From Octopus bimaculoides (lineage: Eukaryota), in the NCBI RefSeq assembly GCF_001194135.2, contig NC_068984.1, positions 69,949,524-70,013,523 of the forward strand: DNA of 64,000 nt, given 5' to 3'. The notes under the pieces were generated by a model. The model saw only the letters and a program-made list of their open reading frames with translations, was not told the DNA's origin and did not search any database. How positions within the stretch are numbered: position 1 is the first letter of the stretch; every line of letters begins with the position of its first letter. Positions 37,480 to 49,995 of this stretch are shown piece after piece. Position numbers and translations under genes: made by a program.

Positions 37480-38325
37480 TGTAACCTCTATGTGATCATT
37501 CAAACTACAAGAAATAGCAGCCAAAACTTCCCCAAATCTCACATAACCATCCTGGAAATACAGGAGTCCACATGTGTGATATAATTCTAGATATACAGAT
37601 ATAGGCGTAGGAGTGGCTGTGTGCTTGCTTACGAGCCACATGGTTCCAGGTTCAGTTCCACTGCATGGCACCATGGGCAAGTGTCTTCTACTATAGCCTC
37701 GGGCCGACCAAAACCTTGTGAGTGAATTTGGTAAACGGAAACTGAAAGAAGCCCATCGTATATATGTATGTATATATATATATACACAGANNNNNNNNNN
37801 NNNNNNNNNNNNNNNNNNNNNNNNNNNNNNNNNNNNNNNNNNNNNNNNNNNNNNNNNNNNNNNNNNNNNNNNNNNNNNNNNNNNNNNNNNNNNNNNNNNN
37901 NNNNNNNNNNNNNNNNNNNNNNNNNNNNNNNNNNNNNNNNNNNNNNNNNTATATGTATATGTATGTATGTATATGTTTGTGTGTCTGCGTTTATTCCCCC
38001 AACTTCGCTTGACAACCAAGGCTGGTGTGTTTACGTCCGCGTAACTTAGCGGTTCGGCAAAAAAGAGACCGATAGAATAAGGACTAGGCTTACAAAGAAT
38101 AAGTCCTGGGGTCGATTTGCTCGACTAAAAGGCGGTGCCCCAGCATGGCCACAGTCAAATGACTGAAACAAGTAAAAGAGTAAAAGAGTAAAGAGTATAT
38201 AATATCTGAAAACCAGACAGCATGGGTATAATTGGAATGTCCTTGATCATAGGTTTACTGCTCAGTCAAAGCTGACCTGAGATTAGAAAACAATAAAAAC
38301 AACCACTACAACAACAACAACAACT
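37480..38325 (+). mobile_element. Repeat family D copy with (AAC)n tail, interrupted by a SINE B
   Basis: gaaatagcagccaaaac...gatatacag resumes after 38196 as ...ttgatcataggt...gctgacctgag..aacaacaac; similar blocks at ~8010-8225, ~8330-8495, ~34840-35030. Confidence 0.55.
37603..38196 (+). mobile_element. SINE family B (spans an N gap)
   Basis: Same head and tail as 31182-31582. Confidence 0.92.
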
Positions 38326-39856
38326 GAAAAGAACCACAATAATAACAAGCAGATGATAAACAAATACACCAATGACAGAACTGAAAGTTTAGCTACTTAT
38401 AGTGGATTGATCTGGTTTTCTTCTACCACATCAAAATCTAATTTCTTGTCTAAGCAATCTTGAACTGGACGGTACATATTATATTTATCTGACCTTTAAA
38501 CAGCATTTTCATTCACATACATTTGTTGTATATCCAAATGTGCTTATAATTATAAATAAATAACAGCATAATTTTTGCATAAGAACTCAAGAAATCTATC
38601 ATGTTATCATGGGTGATCTTTATCAGTCAACATTCAGCAGTCGATAAACGAATACATATTTAACAATATTCATGAATGTATGTGTAAAATACACAGTATT
38701 ATATGCCTCATATACTCACATACACACAAGAGTTGTATAGACATATTTTCATACATGTCAAAATATCTTTTGTAACTTATATGATGTGCTTTAGCATGTA
38801 AGTCTGGCTTCTATAAATTTACATTTTTGTGAATTACTGTCTTCATGGTACTCCCCATATATTCATACTATCAGTTTTGACATTTTTTTGACTTCTGTCA
38901 GTATCTAATTTCATAATCTTAGCCAGCTTCAAAATTTCCCCAGTCAATCACCTGTTTGTTACTGCTGTTGTTGTTGTTGTTGCCTTTTTTTTACTTCTTT
39001 TTTTCCTTTTTTGTTTCTTTCTGCAATTTTCATTTTCTATTTATTTTTGTTGTTGCTGCTTTTTTTCTATTTTACTTTACTACTGAATGATATTTTTCAT
39101 CTTCACAATAACATATCTTTTGACATTTTATTTATTTGCTCTTGTATTTTCTCTCTGATATCTCTCACTTCAGTTTATATTTCCTTCAAAACTTTTTCTT
39201 CATTTCCGTCATATTATAAGTGGTATATTTTTACCATCCAATATTCAAATGCTATCAGAAATGAAATTAAGGTTACTGCAACATAATGAATGGCTCTCTC
39301 TCTCTCTCTCTAGTCATAAAGCTTGTCCATAATGTTTATTTTTACACACACACATACACATACATAGGAAAAGAGAGAGAGAGAGAGAGAGAAAGAGACT
39401 GGCTGTATCATATTCATACACAGTTGAAAGGAAAGATACTGCAGTTTTCATCCAAGATAAAATCTATTATGAATGTGCTGTGTTAAAAGACACAATATGT
39501 ATAACAGAAGCAGATAAAAAAATTGTCTTGACTGTGGCAAATGAGAATACCTGTTGCATTTTGGCCTTTTTAGGCCTTACCAATGGCATATACTTACAAC
39601 TATATTCGAAGATGAAATTTGTCACCCAAATGTAGGAAATAGAGAATAATACATTCACTGACATTACAAATAGCCACTAGGCTGCATAGAATTCCAGCAT
39701 ACTCAATTGAAGTAGTACTGTGTGTGTATTTAATTTCCTTTATCAGAGATAATAAATTTCATCTAAGCATATGTTATTGACGAAATGCAAGGAGGCTGGA
39801 TTCCATTCCTAACACCAACCACCCAGCAGAGTGAATAAGTATGATACAGAGATAAG

Positions 39857-39911
<55 letters not shown>

Positions 39912-40649
39912 TATTTATATACATATAAATAAAAGCTTTTCACATCAGTTTGAACATTCCACTTCATGGAAAAACAAAACAAGAAAAAAAAAAGGAAGAA
40001 AAATTGTCAATCTTGACTTTTACCTGCAAATTGGTGGGCAAATGGAAAGCACAAACTTTAAACTGCTAAATATATTTTGTATTGCAAGAATAAGGTTTTA
40101 TTGATAGAAGGGAGACAATTTTCCCATATTTATCACCCTTGTAGTCAAGAGAAAAGGAGAAAGAAATTTAATGCCAAGTCTGATATAGTTGTTGTTCAAT
40201 CTATTGACTTAGGTATAATATAAATGTTATTTCATCTGTGTTTGAAAGTATTGTTATTTCTTATTCAACATCAGACTTCGAATATTTTTTTCAAACACAA
40301 AAGAAAATATTTTGGCACGTAAATAATTTTGAACTGAAGGACACTTGGCAGAATGAATACTTCTGCCAAGGGAAACACAGCATTAAAGCCTTTTGTTTCA
40401 TACAATTTTAAAACTACATATATTTGAAGGTTACTTGGTTTAGCCTATGCATCATGATGTGATAATATTCTCCTTCATGGTAGATAGAGAAATGAACAAG
40501 AAACAGAGTTAAAGTGTATAATCGACTTGTCAGAGGTATTAACCTTGTGAATTGTGTTGTTAAATTTCAATTTACCTTCTCTTTTGCAAATTCAATCTGA
40601 CTAAGGAGTGCCCTCGATGTATTCAGTTGATTTACTTGCTCAATCAAAT

Positions 40650-40866
40650 AATCCTTTCTACTATAGGCACAGGGCCTGAAATGTTAGTGGAGGGGACTAG
40701 TTCATTACATCGACCTCAGTGTTTCATTGGTACTTAATTTATCGACCCTGAAAGAATGTAAGGCAAAGTCGACTTCAGTGGAATATGAACTCAGAATGTA
40801 AGGATGGACGAAATACTGCTAAGCATTTTGCCCGGCATGCTAATGATTCTGCCAGCTTGCTGCCTT
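40650..40866 (-). mobile_element. SINE family C, near full length
   Basis: aataatcctttctactataggcacagggcctgaaat...gaactcagaatg...gctaatgattctgccagcttgctgcct. Confidence 0.85.
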
Positions 40867-43800
40867 TGCTTAATCAAATAATGAGAAACAATATTCATCC
40901 CTTGCCACTGACACTAGCAGAATGACAAAGACCCTCATATCAACAGAAACATTAGTAGTGTGTCTACTTACTCTGCAGTCTCAGTGTCATCTGTTGAAGG
41001 TTTTTAAAAGAACTCTCTTCATACTTTCAGTCTGTTAAGTAGACTTATTCACTTAAACTGAATCAGTATTTTTATTTCGTTGTAGCTTTGGTTTGAGAAA
41101 AAAAAGTTGTACCTTGTAATGAAAGAAATAACCAACCAACCAACCAACCAACAATCCATCCATTCATCTTCTCTGCCCACTATTCCATGGGCTCTTAATT
41201 ACAGCTTTAATTACACCTTCCAATTGAATACTCAAGCATGACCAATTGTAATTATATATACTAGTCAATCATCTCATTCTTGGTTGACCTCCAAGATGTC
41301 CTGCTGGTTAACCTGACTTGAAGAATCTGTCTTTTCTTTCCTGTGACATTCTAATCAAGTGTCTGTAGTGTTCTGGTGAGATTCCATAAACTTATGTACT
41401 GCAACAGAGAGGGCTTTAAATTTGGAATTATGTTCAGATGACCTCTATTATAAAATGATAGATTACTAAGATGAAACCTCAGTGACTTCACTACATTGAT
41501 CTAACTCTCTCATTTTGTTTCACTCAATGGTTGAACTTTAAGTAGTATCTAAGTCTCATAATATGACTAGTTAAAATTTGCCAACATTCAGTTGATATAG
41601 AGAAATAATTATAGATATATTAAACTAGACTAAAGAAACTTGATGTTTTTAAACAATGCCTAGTAGTTTGACTGATAACCAAGTTCAACAAGCATGCATC
41701 TCAGGAAAGAGAAAAAAACCCTCGTAGGTTTCTTTTCTACATGATTTTCTTTGCCTTTCATATAACATTCATCATCATATCATTGACTACACAAAATACA
41801 AACTAGTAATCCCAATTGCTTAAGTTTCTAAAAATAATTTCTGTCATACAAATTCTTTTAGTCTCACTTAACAGAATGCAACAACAGAAAATACAATCAT
41901 TGTTATTTACACATTATGGTTAACATCAAGAGTGCAGCTAGGAATAATTGAATTATATTTGACTGAATTTTTATGTCTTCAAATTTGTTATTTTATAGTT
42001 CCAACTAGAAGCTGTATGAGATTATTTAGGATATATTTTCCTATATAGTAAACCATTGTTTCTTGACATTTAGCTCTGTACAAATGTATATTCATGTTAT
42101 AGTATTAGAAACAGGTAAATATTCTATGAGCTGTAAACAATTTTCCATTGCCAGCATTGTATAACTCATCATTTGATGAAGGACAGGTTTACCATGAAAG
42201 GCATCATGTATTGCAAGATTTGTTACCAATTCTTCTTGTCTAGTTGTTGCTTTTGCTGGATATATTTGCTGAAACAGAAATATATGTGGTTACTGCGATT
42301 AGTAGTAAATTAAGTTTAACATTATTGTTAATACTGAAAATAATAAAGTGATTATGAACTAACAACGAACTATAAACTTATCATTTTAGTATGTTTCTTT
42401 TCAGTCTTAAAAAGATAATTCATATAAGACTATGAGGTTTGAAAGTCAATACTGTACCCTTTCTGAAGCCTGTATCCAAGGTGGAAGCCTTATTAGTAGC
42501 ATTGAGTTTGGGTATATGTTTAAGACACTAAATTATATTCCTGCTAGTTTTTTAAACTTCTTAAATTGTTTTTCTTTGTATTCCTCTTCTATTTTGTGCA
42601 ATTCCTCAAATTTCAATTTGTCAATGTCAAAAACTTTTTATATTTCATGGAATCAGTGTTAAAAAATATTGGTATTATTTTCAGCTATTTTATAATTTGA
42701 TAAAATCTATGATACCTGTCTTGAATGTAAAATTCAGATGCTTGCAAATTGATCTCCTCAAGTATGCTTCTTTTAGTTTTTGTTTTTTTGTTTAGTTTAC
42801 AATGAGGTCAGTTTCTACTGTTAACAAATGTTTCCTGAAATTTAATTTTTCCCCCTTCTTCTCCTTCACATTTAGAGTAGCTATTTCTTTCCCTTAATTT
42901 TAGTTCATATTTGGCCAAAGAATCCTTATTTAAATGTATCAGAAAAAATATCTCTCAAAATGACAAAGAATTTAAATTTGTACCATGAATTAGAATATCT
43001 ATGAATAGTTTTCAGAATAGCTTATTCTATTGATAAGGAAATGCTGTTATATTTTTTTTGCAACTTTAACAGAATGCTGCATTTATTCAAAACCATAACT
43101 TTACATAACAAAAATACAGAAAATTCTCTTCTAAGGGGTAAAAACTGTGCTGTTGAAATACTATAATTCCAACGAAACATGCACAAACACATGTACTTAC
43201 TCATACTAAAGATAGGATTCTGACATCAGTTTAAATTTTGGTAAGAGGATTGAAACACAATGGAAAATCTAAAAGGATCTTGTTGAATTGCTCGAATAAA
43301 ACTTTCAACAAGCACTCACAAGCATACAGGAAAAAACAGATACAATCCATGCATTTATATGAAATTACAAGTAATCGGAATTTTTCACAAACTAAATTAT
43401 CTAGTGCTGGCATGTTCTGATAGTGTTGAAATAAATCTAAAATACATAATTACCTGCACCATACGGTTACTCTGTCCTTCTGAACAAGGCTTCCTTCTCA
43501 GCAAAATTAATTTTAATATTCGGAATAACATGGTATAACTGATAACGATATCATCTTGTATATCTGGTAAATTTTGTTAACCAGTTCAAACTATGTTCAA
43601 GGATTAGAGTTATGAAATGACAAACTAGTAACTATTTGTTTCTGACCAGTTACACTGAAAATACTTATTAAATTGGAAGGTGAACTGTTTCATCAATCAA
43701 CAGTCATTCTAAAAATATGCCAGTATATTCCACTCATATATCACTTGTTTTATTACTCTCATATTTAGATATTAAAAAAATAAACAAAGCCTGCATGCTT

Positions 43801-44424
43801 CCATAGACAGAGAAAATGACAAGGATGACATCATCACACTTACACCTCTCCATTCCCCACTACGCCTGCTAAAAATAACAATGCTGATTATAATTATTGA
43901 TATGATAATAATCATACATTTTAATATATTTCAATAAAATGTAGTTAAGATTGCACAGACATGTTAACATCCAGTTTCATGTATATGCTTTAGGTATGCT
44001 CAACTAGGAGATACACACACACACACACACATACACACACGCACACATATATAATACATAAATATATATATNNNNNNNNNNNNNNNNNNNNNNNNNNNNN
44101 NNNNNNNNNNNNNNNNNNNNNNNNNNNNNNNNNNNNNNNNNNNNNNNNNNNNNNNNNNNNNNNNNNNNNNNNNNNNNNNNNNNNNNNNNNNNNNNNNNNN
44201 NNNNNNNNNNNNNNNNNNNNNNNNNNNNNNNNNNNNNNNNNNNNNNNNNNNNNNNNNNNNNNNNNNNNNNNNNNNNNNNNNNNNNNNNNNNNNNNNNNNN
44301 NNNNNNNNNNNNNNNNNNNNNNNNNNNNNNNNNNNNNNNNNNNNNNNNNNNNNNNNNNNNTATATATATATATATGTATATATACACACATATATGTGTA
44401 TATATATATATATATATATGTATA

Positions 44425-44469
<45 letters not shown>

Positions 44470-44834
44470 ATATGCATTCATCTAAAATATTTTATCCATT
44501 GTTTTGTTCAGTTCATATAAAATATTGTTAGATAAACATCAAATTTACATTACATAGTGAAAATATATTTATTTTTGTACTTTTTCCTTTAATTTTTCTT
44601 TCAGAATCGTTATATTTTCTCTCTCCTTGAACCGGAATGAAATAATCTATCCGATGATATGATAATGTTTTACAGAATTTAGTGGAGGGCTAAGTTTATG
44701 TGATATGGTTAATGTTTTCCTGAATTAGAAAATGCTATTATGCTAAAGAAACCAATATTACAATGAAAGTACTTTTGCTACAAAAAAGAAAGTAGTAGTA
44801 TTAATCATATATAGGCCCTGTCATCTTACTACTA

Positions 44835-44849
44835 TTGCTGCTGCTGCTG

Positions 44850-44921
<72 letters not shown>

Positions 44922-44950
44922 TTAGTAGTGGTAGTAGTAGAAGCAGCAGT
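44835..44950. repeat. (GCT)n-(ACT)n-(AGT)n compound trinucleotide repeat
   Basis: Direct reading. Confidence 0.95.
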
Positions 44951-45884
44951 AAAACATAATATAACTTATCACTACTAAAATCTTTTAAATTTTGTTATAT
45001 ATGCATGCATATATATATATATACATATATATATATGCATGCATATATATATATACATATAAGTACACTCATGTTTTATAATGTTATATATATGTATGTG
45101 CATGTATATACAAACACACATATACATACATATACACACACACTGACACATGCACGCACACAAACACACAGACACATCACACACACTCATGCATGCACAA
45201 ACACACACACGTGTTACTCCACTCTACATAGTCACATATTTACAATATTTCAACATTTATACAAATCTTTACCATTAACACTTTATTGTCAAATTCAAAA
45301 TAATGTTTAGAAGAAAAAATCCATACATGAGTATCTGAAATATTAAAATATTTGAATATATTTCACTCATATAAGAATTTATGGTACATGTAAATTCTGA
45401 CAAAATAATTCAAGATTATTTCACAATTTTAGCATGTAATTTAAAACAAAACCAAACTTTGTAACCAATACATTTCATAGTAAATTGGATTTTGAAGAAG
45501 ATGGTCAGAAAATATACAGCATATATAAAATAGTTTTCTTCAAATTTCTAAATTGCAACTCTGTTTTTATTTTTTATTTATGTATGGTGTCATTTTGTTT
45601 TTGAAAAAGCATATGTACACTTATATGTATGTATGTATGTATGTATAGTACAGTTCTGTGATGGTACACTATATATTTTCTCTTTTTTGTCTCCCATCCT
45701 ATCATCCTGCTTTAGCTTGTTATGCCATGTGGGCATAACCTGAAGATTATGTGAAAGCACCAGACATGTTAATAATGCTGTCTGAGATGTTTCCATCACA
45801 TGAAAATGTATATTTTGAGTTTATTAAATAATGTATGTGTACATATATACATAAACAATTATGTATCTATATATATATTCTTTT

Positions 45885-46110
45885 ATTCTTGTATTCTTTT
45901 ATTTGTTTCAGTTATTTGACTGCAGTCATGCTGGAGCACTGCCTTTTAGTTAAAGAAATCGACCTCAGGACTTATACTTTGTAAGCCTAGTACTTATTTG
46001 ATTGGTCTCTTTGACTGAACCACTAAGTTACAGAGACGTAAACTCACCAACATCGGTTGTCAAGCAATGGTGGTGGTGGGGGGGGGTGACAACCACAGAC
46101 ACAGAGACAT
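45885..46110 (-). mobile_element. SINE family B 3' half
   Basis: tttcagttatttgactgcagtcatgctggagcact...tttgtaagcctagtactt...gttgtcaagcaatgg. Confidence 0.85.
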
Positions 46111-46184
46111 GCTTATGACACTGACAATGGCCACAACTACAATTTTACTTGGCTTGATGAAAGAACACAAGTGGAGTTGAAGAA

Positions 46185-46366
46185 TTCTTGACAGTTGTTT
46201 CAGCAGCAATTTTTTATTGATTAATACTTTGATTACTGGATTAAATCATACCAGGTTGACTCGAATTCCTTACATACCTATATGATTATTTTTTAAAAAT
46301 CATTTCATGAGGGCAAAGTTTTTGGCCTAATGCAATCAATGTAATCAAAGCATTCCTCAATAAGAA
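46185..46366 (-). ncRNA. Degenerate hammerhead-like motif with very long stem II
   Basis: TTCTT-A-TTGAGGA (46360-46354)-ATGCTTTGATTAC...GTAATCAAAGTAT-(21 nt)-GAAA-C-AACT-G-TC-AAGAA. Confidence 0.4.
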
Positions 46367-46817
46367 CTTCTGAAACAGCTTAAACTCTATTTGTCTTCTT
46401 TTATACAAATGCCATTCCTGGAACAAACCCAAAGCTGGATCTAGAACAAACATTGGATAAGATGCTTATGTATGTATATATTTATATATATAGACATGCT
46501 GACTTACACATATAGATGTATGTGTATGTGTGTGTGTTTGTGTGTGTGTGCATGTGTGTGTGTGTTTCAGGCTGTATATATATGTGTATGTATGTATGTA
46601 TATATGTTTGTCTGGATGTATTCCTATAATCAAAGCTCACTATCCAACTGTTTGTTGTTGGTATCCTGCATGTTGAAATACCTAGAATCTAATGAATTCT
46701 ACAATTGAACGATACATGTATGTGTGAGTGCGTGTGTGCATGTGTGTGTGTGTGTGTGTGTATGTGTGTGTGAGAGAGAGAGAGAGACACACACACACCT
46801 ACACACATTAGGGTAAA

Positions 46818-47496
46818 GTGCCTTTTCATGATTTCTGATTTTGTGATGGGAGTAGTGCAGAAAAGTTGTGAATTGACATCAAAATAACTGGTGTAAAATC
46901 TTAGAACTCTGTGACAATATCTTCTGTCTCTACAAACACATTGTAAAATGGAAATAGGGGAAAAAATGCCTCTACTTATTTATTAGCAATAAAATACAAT
47001 TTGCATTGCATCTTCAGGTACCTTTCAAATGACTGCGATGAAATTACTTTAAAACATAACTTCATCGTGTTTTTCCCTGTGTCTTTATCTTCTGCCTCCA
47101 CAAAAAGAAACAGCAGTGTACTGTAATTTACACCTACATGAAACATTTTCTGAATTTGTTAAACTACAATATTTACGATATTTTTTATATATTTTGAGGC
47201 GTTTGTGGAGGCAGAAGATAAAGTCACAGAAAAGGTCATGTTGAAGTTATATTTTAGAGTAATTACATCACAGTCATTTAAAAGCTACCCGAAGAAGATG
47301 CAATGAAAGCAATACGTCATAGCTAATAAATAAGTAGAAGCATTTTATATTCCACTTATTCCATTTTTTGATGCATTTGTGGAGACAGGATATATTGTTG
47401 CAGAGTTCCAAGATTTTACACCAGTTATTTTGATGTTCATTCTCAACTTTGCTGCACTACTCCCATCACAAAATCGAAAATCGTGGAAAAATACAC
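46818..47496. mobile_element. Foldback element, ~285-bp inverted arms with ~95-bp spacer
   Basis: 46818-47104 is the reverse complement of 47202-47496 (roughly 80% identical by eye); no ORF and no clear TSD. Confidence 0.8.
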
Positions 47497-47498
47497 AT

Positions 47499-47530
<32 letters not shown>

Positions 47531-48061
47531 TTCTATTATTTGCAACAAAAACAGTATTAGATCAAAATAGCCATCCATGTATCATATTTAATGTAAAGAC
47601 ATTGTAAACATAACAAAAGAATTTACTGTGGTATTCTTCAAGAGATTATATCTCTTATGGATGTCCTGTGTCTAAAAACACAATATGTATCAGAAAAAGA
47701 TGGATATATACCTTGCAGTTTCTGTTTTGATGGATATTGTCAGTACTATGTACTTACAGCCAACCACATGCCATTGATATCAGAATATATATATATATAT
47801 ATATANNNNNNNNNNNNNNNNNNNNNNNNNNNNNNNNNNNNNNNNNNNNNNNNNNNNNNNNNNNNNNNNNNNNNNNNNNNNNNNNNNNNNNNNNNNNNNN
47901 NNNNNNNNNNNNNNNNNNNNNNNNNNNNNNNNNNNNNNNNNTCACAAAATCGAAAATCGTGGAAAAATACACATGTATGTGTGTATATATATACATATAT
48001 ATATTCTCATATAATTTACATACATGCATACATACATGCATGCGTACATACATATATACAT

Positions 48062-49130
48062 ACAACTGTTTTTGCAGAATTGAAGCCCATTCCTGGTGCA
48101 GTTTTTCCATAATGCAAAGCATGAGGAGTGCTTGAGACCCTCACCTCCAAAATGGACTAAACAGAGAAATCCAACATGTTGAGATTGGGGATTCTTGAGG
48201 GTCATACATCCTTGCTTATGAATGATGGAATGCTTTTCTGAATCCAGTGTTGTGTCCATTTGGAGTTGTGGGATAGTGCTGGGTCCTATTGGAGGCTCCA
48301 AGGTGCACCTTGAAATTGTTAATTTGCCCATGGAAGCAGTTTAGCTTCCAGAATGTTGCTAATATATCGCTGGGTATTAATTTTAACACTTGAGAGCACA
48401 AAAACAAGGGGAGAACTTCCAGTGGCTGTCACAGCCACCCAGACCATAACTGACTCTGGATTTTCACATCGATTTATGAGTCGTATACACTCCAGAGTCA
48501 GTAATTCTGGTGGTTTACTGTTTGTTCGATGTCAAATTTCTTTTCATCAGTGAACACCAAGTTGGGCAGCATGCCTTCAGCAATCTGACTCAGGATAAAA
48601 TGACTTCTCTCCAGTCTCATGGCCTTGTAAACTTGCGTGAGGTCGTACTGATAGATCATCTTGTAGGGGTGGGTCATGAGATCCTCCTTCAGCTGTTGAT
48701 ACATCAACGTTCGGCTTATTTTTATTCTGGCAGCTAGTTTTCTGATGGAATGACAAAGATTTCACTGTATCTTTTCTTGGTGTTTTTGATAATCAGAAGG
48801 GGTCTGCACACTTCTTTTTTGGCTATGTCCAGGTCAATTAGTGGTGAAACAAGTCTCTTGAGATTTCTTGACAATTTTTGAGACTACTGTTTGGTTGATT
48901 TTAAGCTTTTTTTTTCCATAGCTGTATTACTTTTGCCTACTTTGTGGAGGATTATGATTGCATTTCATTCTATAGCCATTATCTAATTTATAAATCTGAA
49001 TTTATTTAGTCTGAAACAAAAATAAGACACACTAAACATTTATAATGATGTACAATTTTCATATTTTATCACATTTATTAATAGTTATTAAAGCCCGAAA
49101 CTTCTGTTGCCTTAATTATGGGACATCCTG
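48062..49130 (-). mobile_element. maT/DD37D-like Tc1-mariner transposon, 3' truncated; dead transposase ~48062-48979
   Basis: TIR caggatgtcccataattaagg after TA (49131-49132); LVFTDEKKFDIEQTVNHQN, Q*DPALSH, PNLNMLDFS (third catalytic residue D). Confidence 0.8.
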
Positions 49131-49545
49131 TATAATCAAATAAAGATTGAGTAGAGAAATGGAAATATAGAATTTTATTAACCAGTGGAGTGGGGTCTAC
49201 ATTTTATAGAGTTAACTTGTAGGATTTTTAGGGCACTAAAGTTTATAGCTAATAGTTTAACAATTAATATATTATTTGAAGGAAGAGCGGTACTTTTGTG
49301 GTCATCGTATAACAACATATTGAGAAGTGACTTACAACTAATTAGTTCAATAGTTTAATGATATACACCAATTATACTTATTAATGTAATATTTATTATA
49401 TAGGTGAAAATGAAATCTCATGAACCAATGAGTTAATGTTATGATACAATGTCTACACATGTACAACATATCTTTCCTACACAATATTAAAAATTAACCT
49501 GTTAGCTTTAACCTAAATGCACTATTAATATTACTAGTCTACTTT

Positions 49546-49995
49546 AAGGTGGTGAGCTGGTAGAATCATTACCATGCCAGACAAAATGCTTAGCAGCATT
49601 TCATCCATCTTCACATTCTGAGTTCAAATTCTGCTGAGGTGTCAATTGTGCTTTGCATCCTTTTGGGGTTGATGAAACAAGTACCAGCTAAGTTTTGAGG
49701 TCGATGTAATTGATATACCCCATCCCCTGAACTTGCTAGCTTTGTGCCAAAATTTGAAATCAATATTACCAATTCGCTTATGAGGGCAAGCCAGCAGAAT
49801 CATTAACATGCCAAGTAAAATGCTTAGCACCATTTTGTTTATCTTTACATTCCAATTTCAAATTTTGCTGAGATTAACTTTGCCTTTCATCTTTTGGGGT
49901 TCATAAAATAAGTACCAGTTGAACACTGAAGTCGATGTAATCAACTTACCCACTACCCTGAAATTACCAGCCTTGTGCCAAGATGTAAAATTAAT
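49546..49995 (+). mobile_element. Two SINE family C copies in tandem
   Basis: aggtggtgagctggtagaatc...ctgagttcaaattc... followed by a second diverged copy from ~49785. Confidence 0.8.

Noticed and set aside
46808-46814. Single TTAGGG next to the foldback end
   Set aside because: One hexamer is expected by chance and is not a telomeric tract.
47283-47325. CCGAAGA...GAAAGC...GTC with AGCTA/TAGCT flanks in the foldback arm
   Set aside because: No stem II or III, and the other arm does not support the motif.
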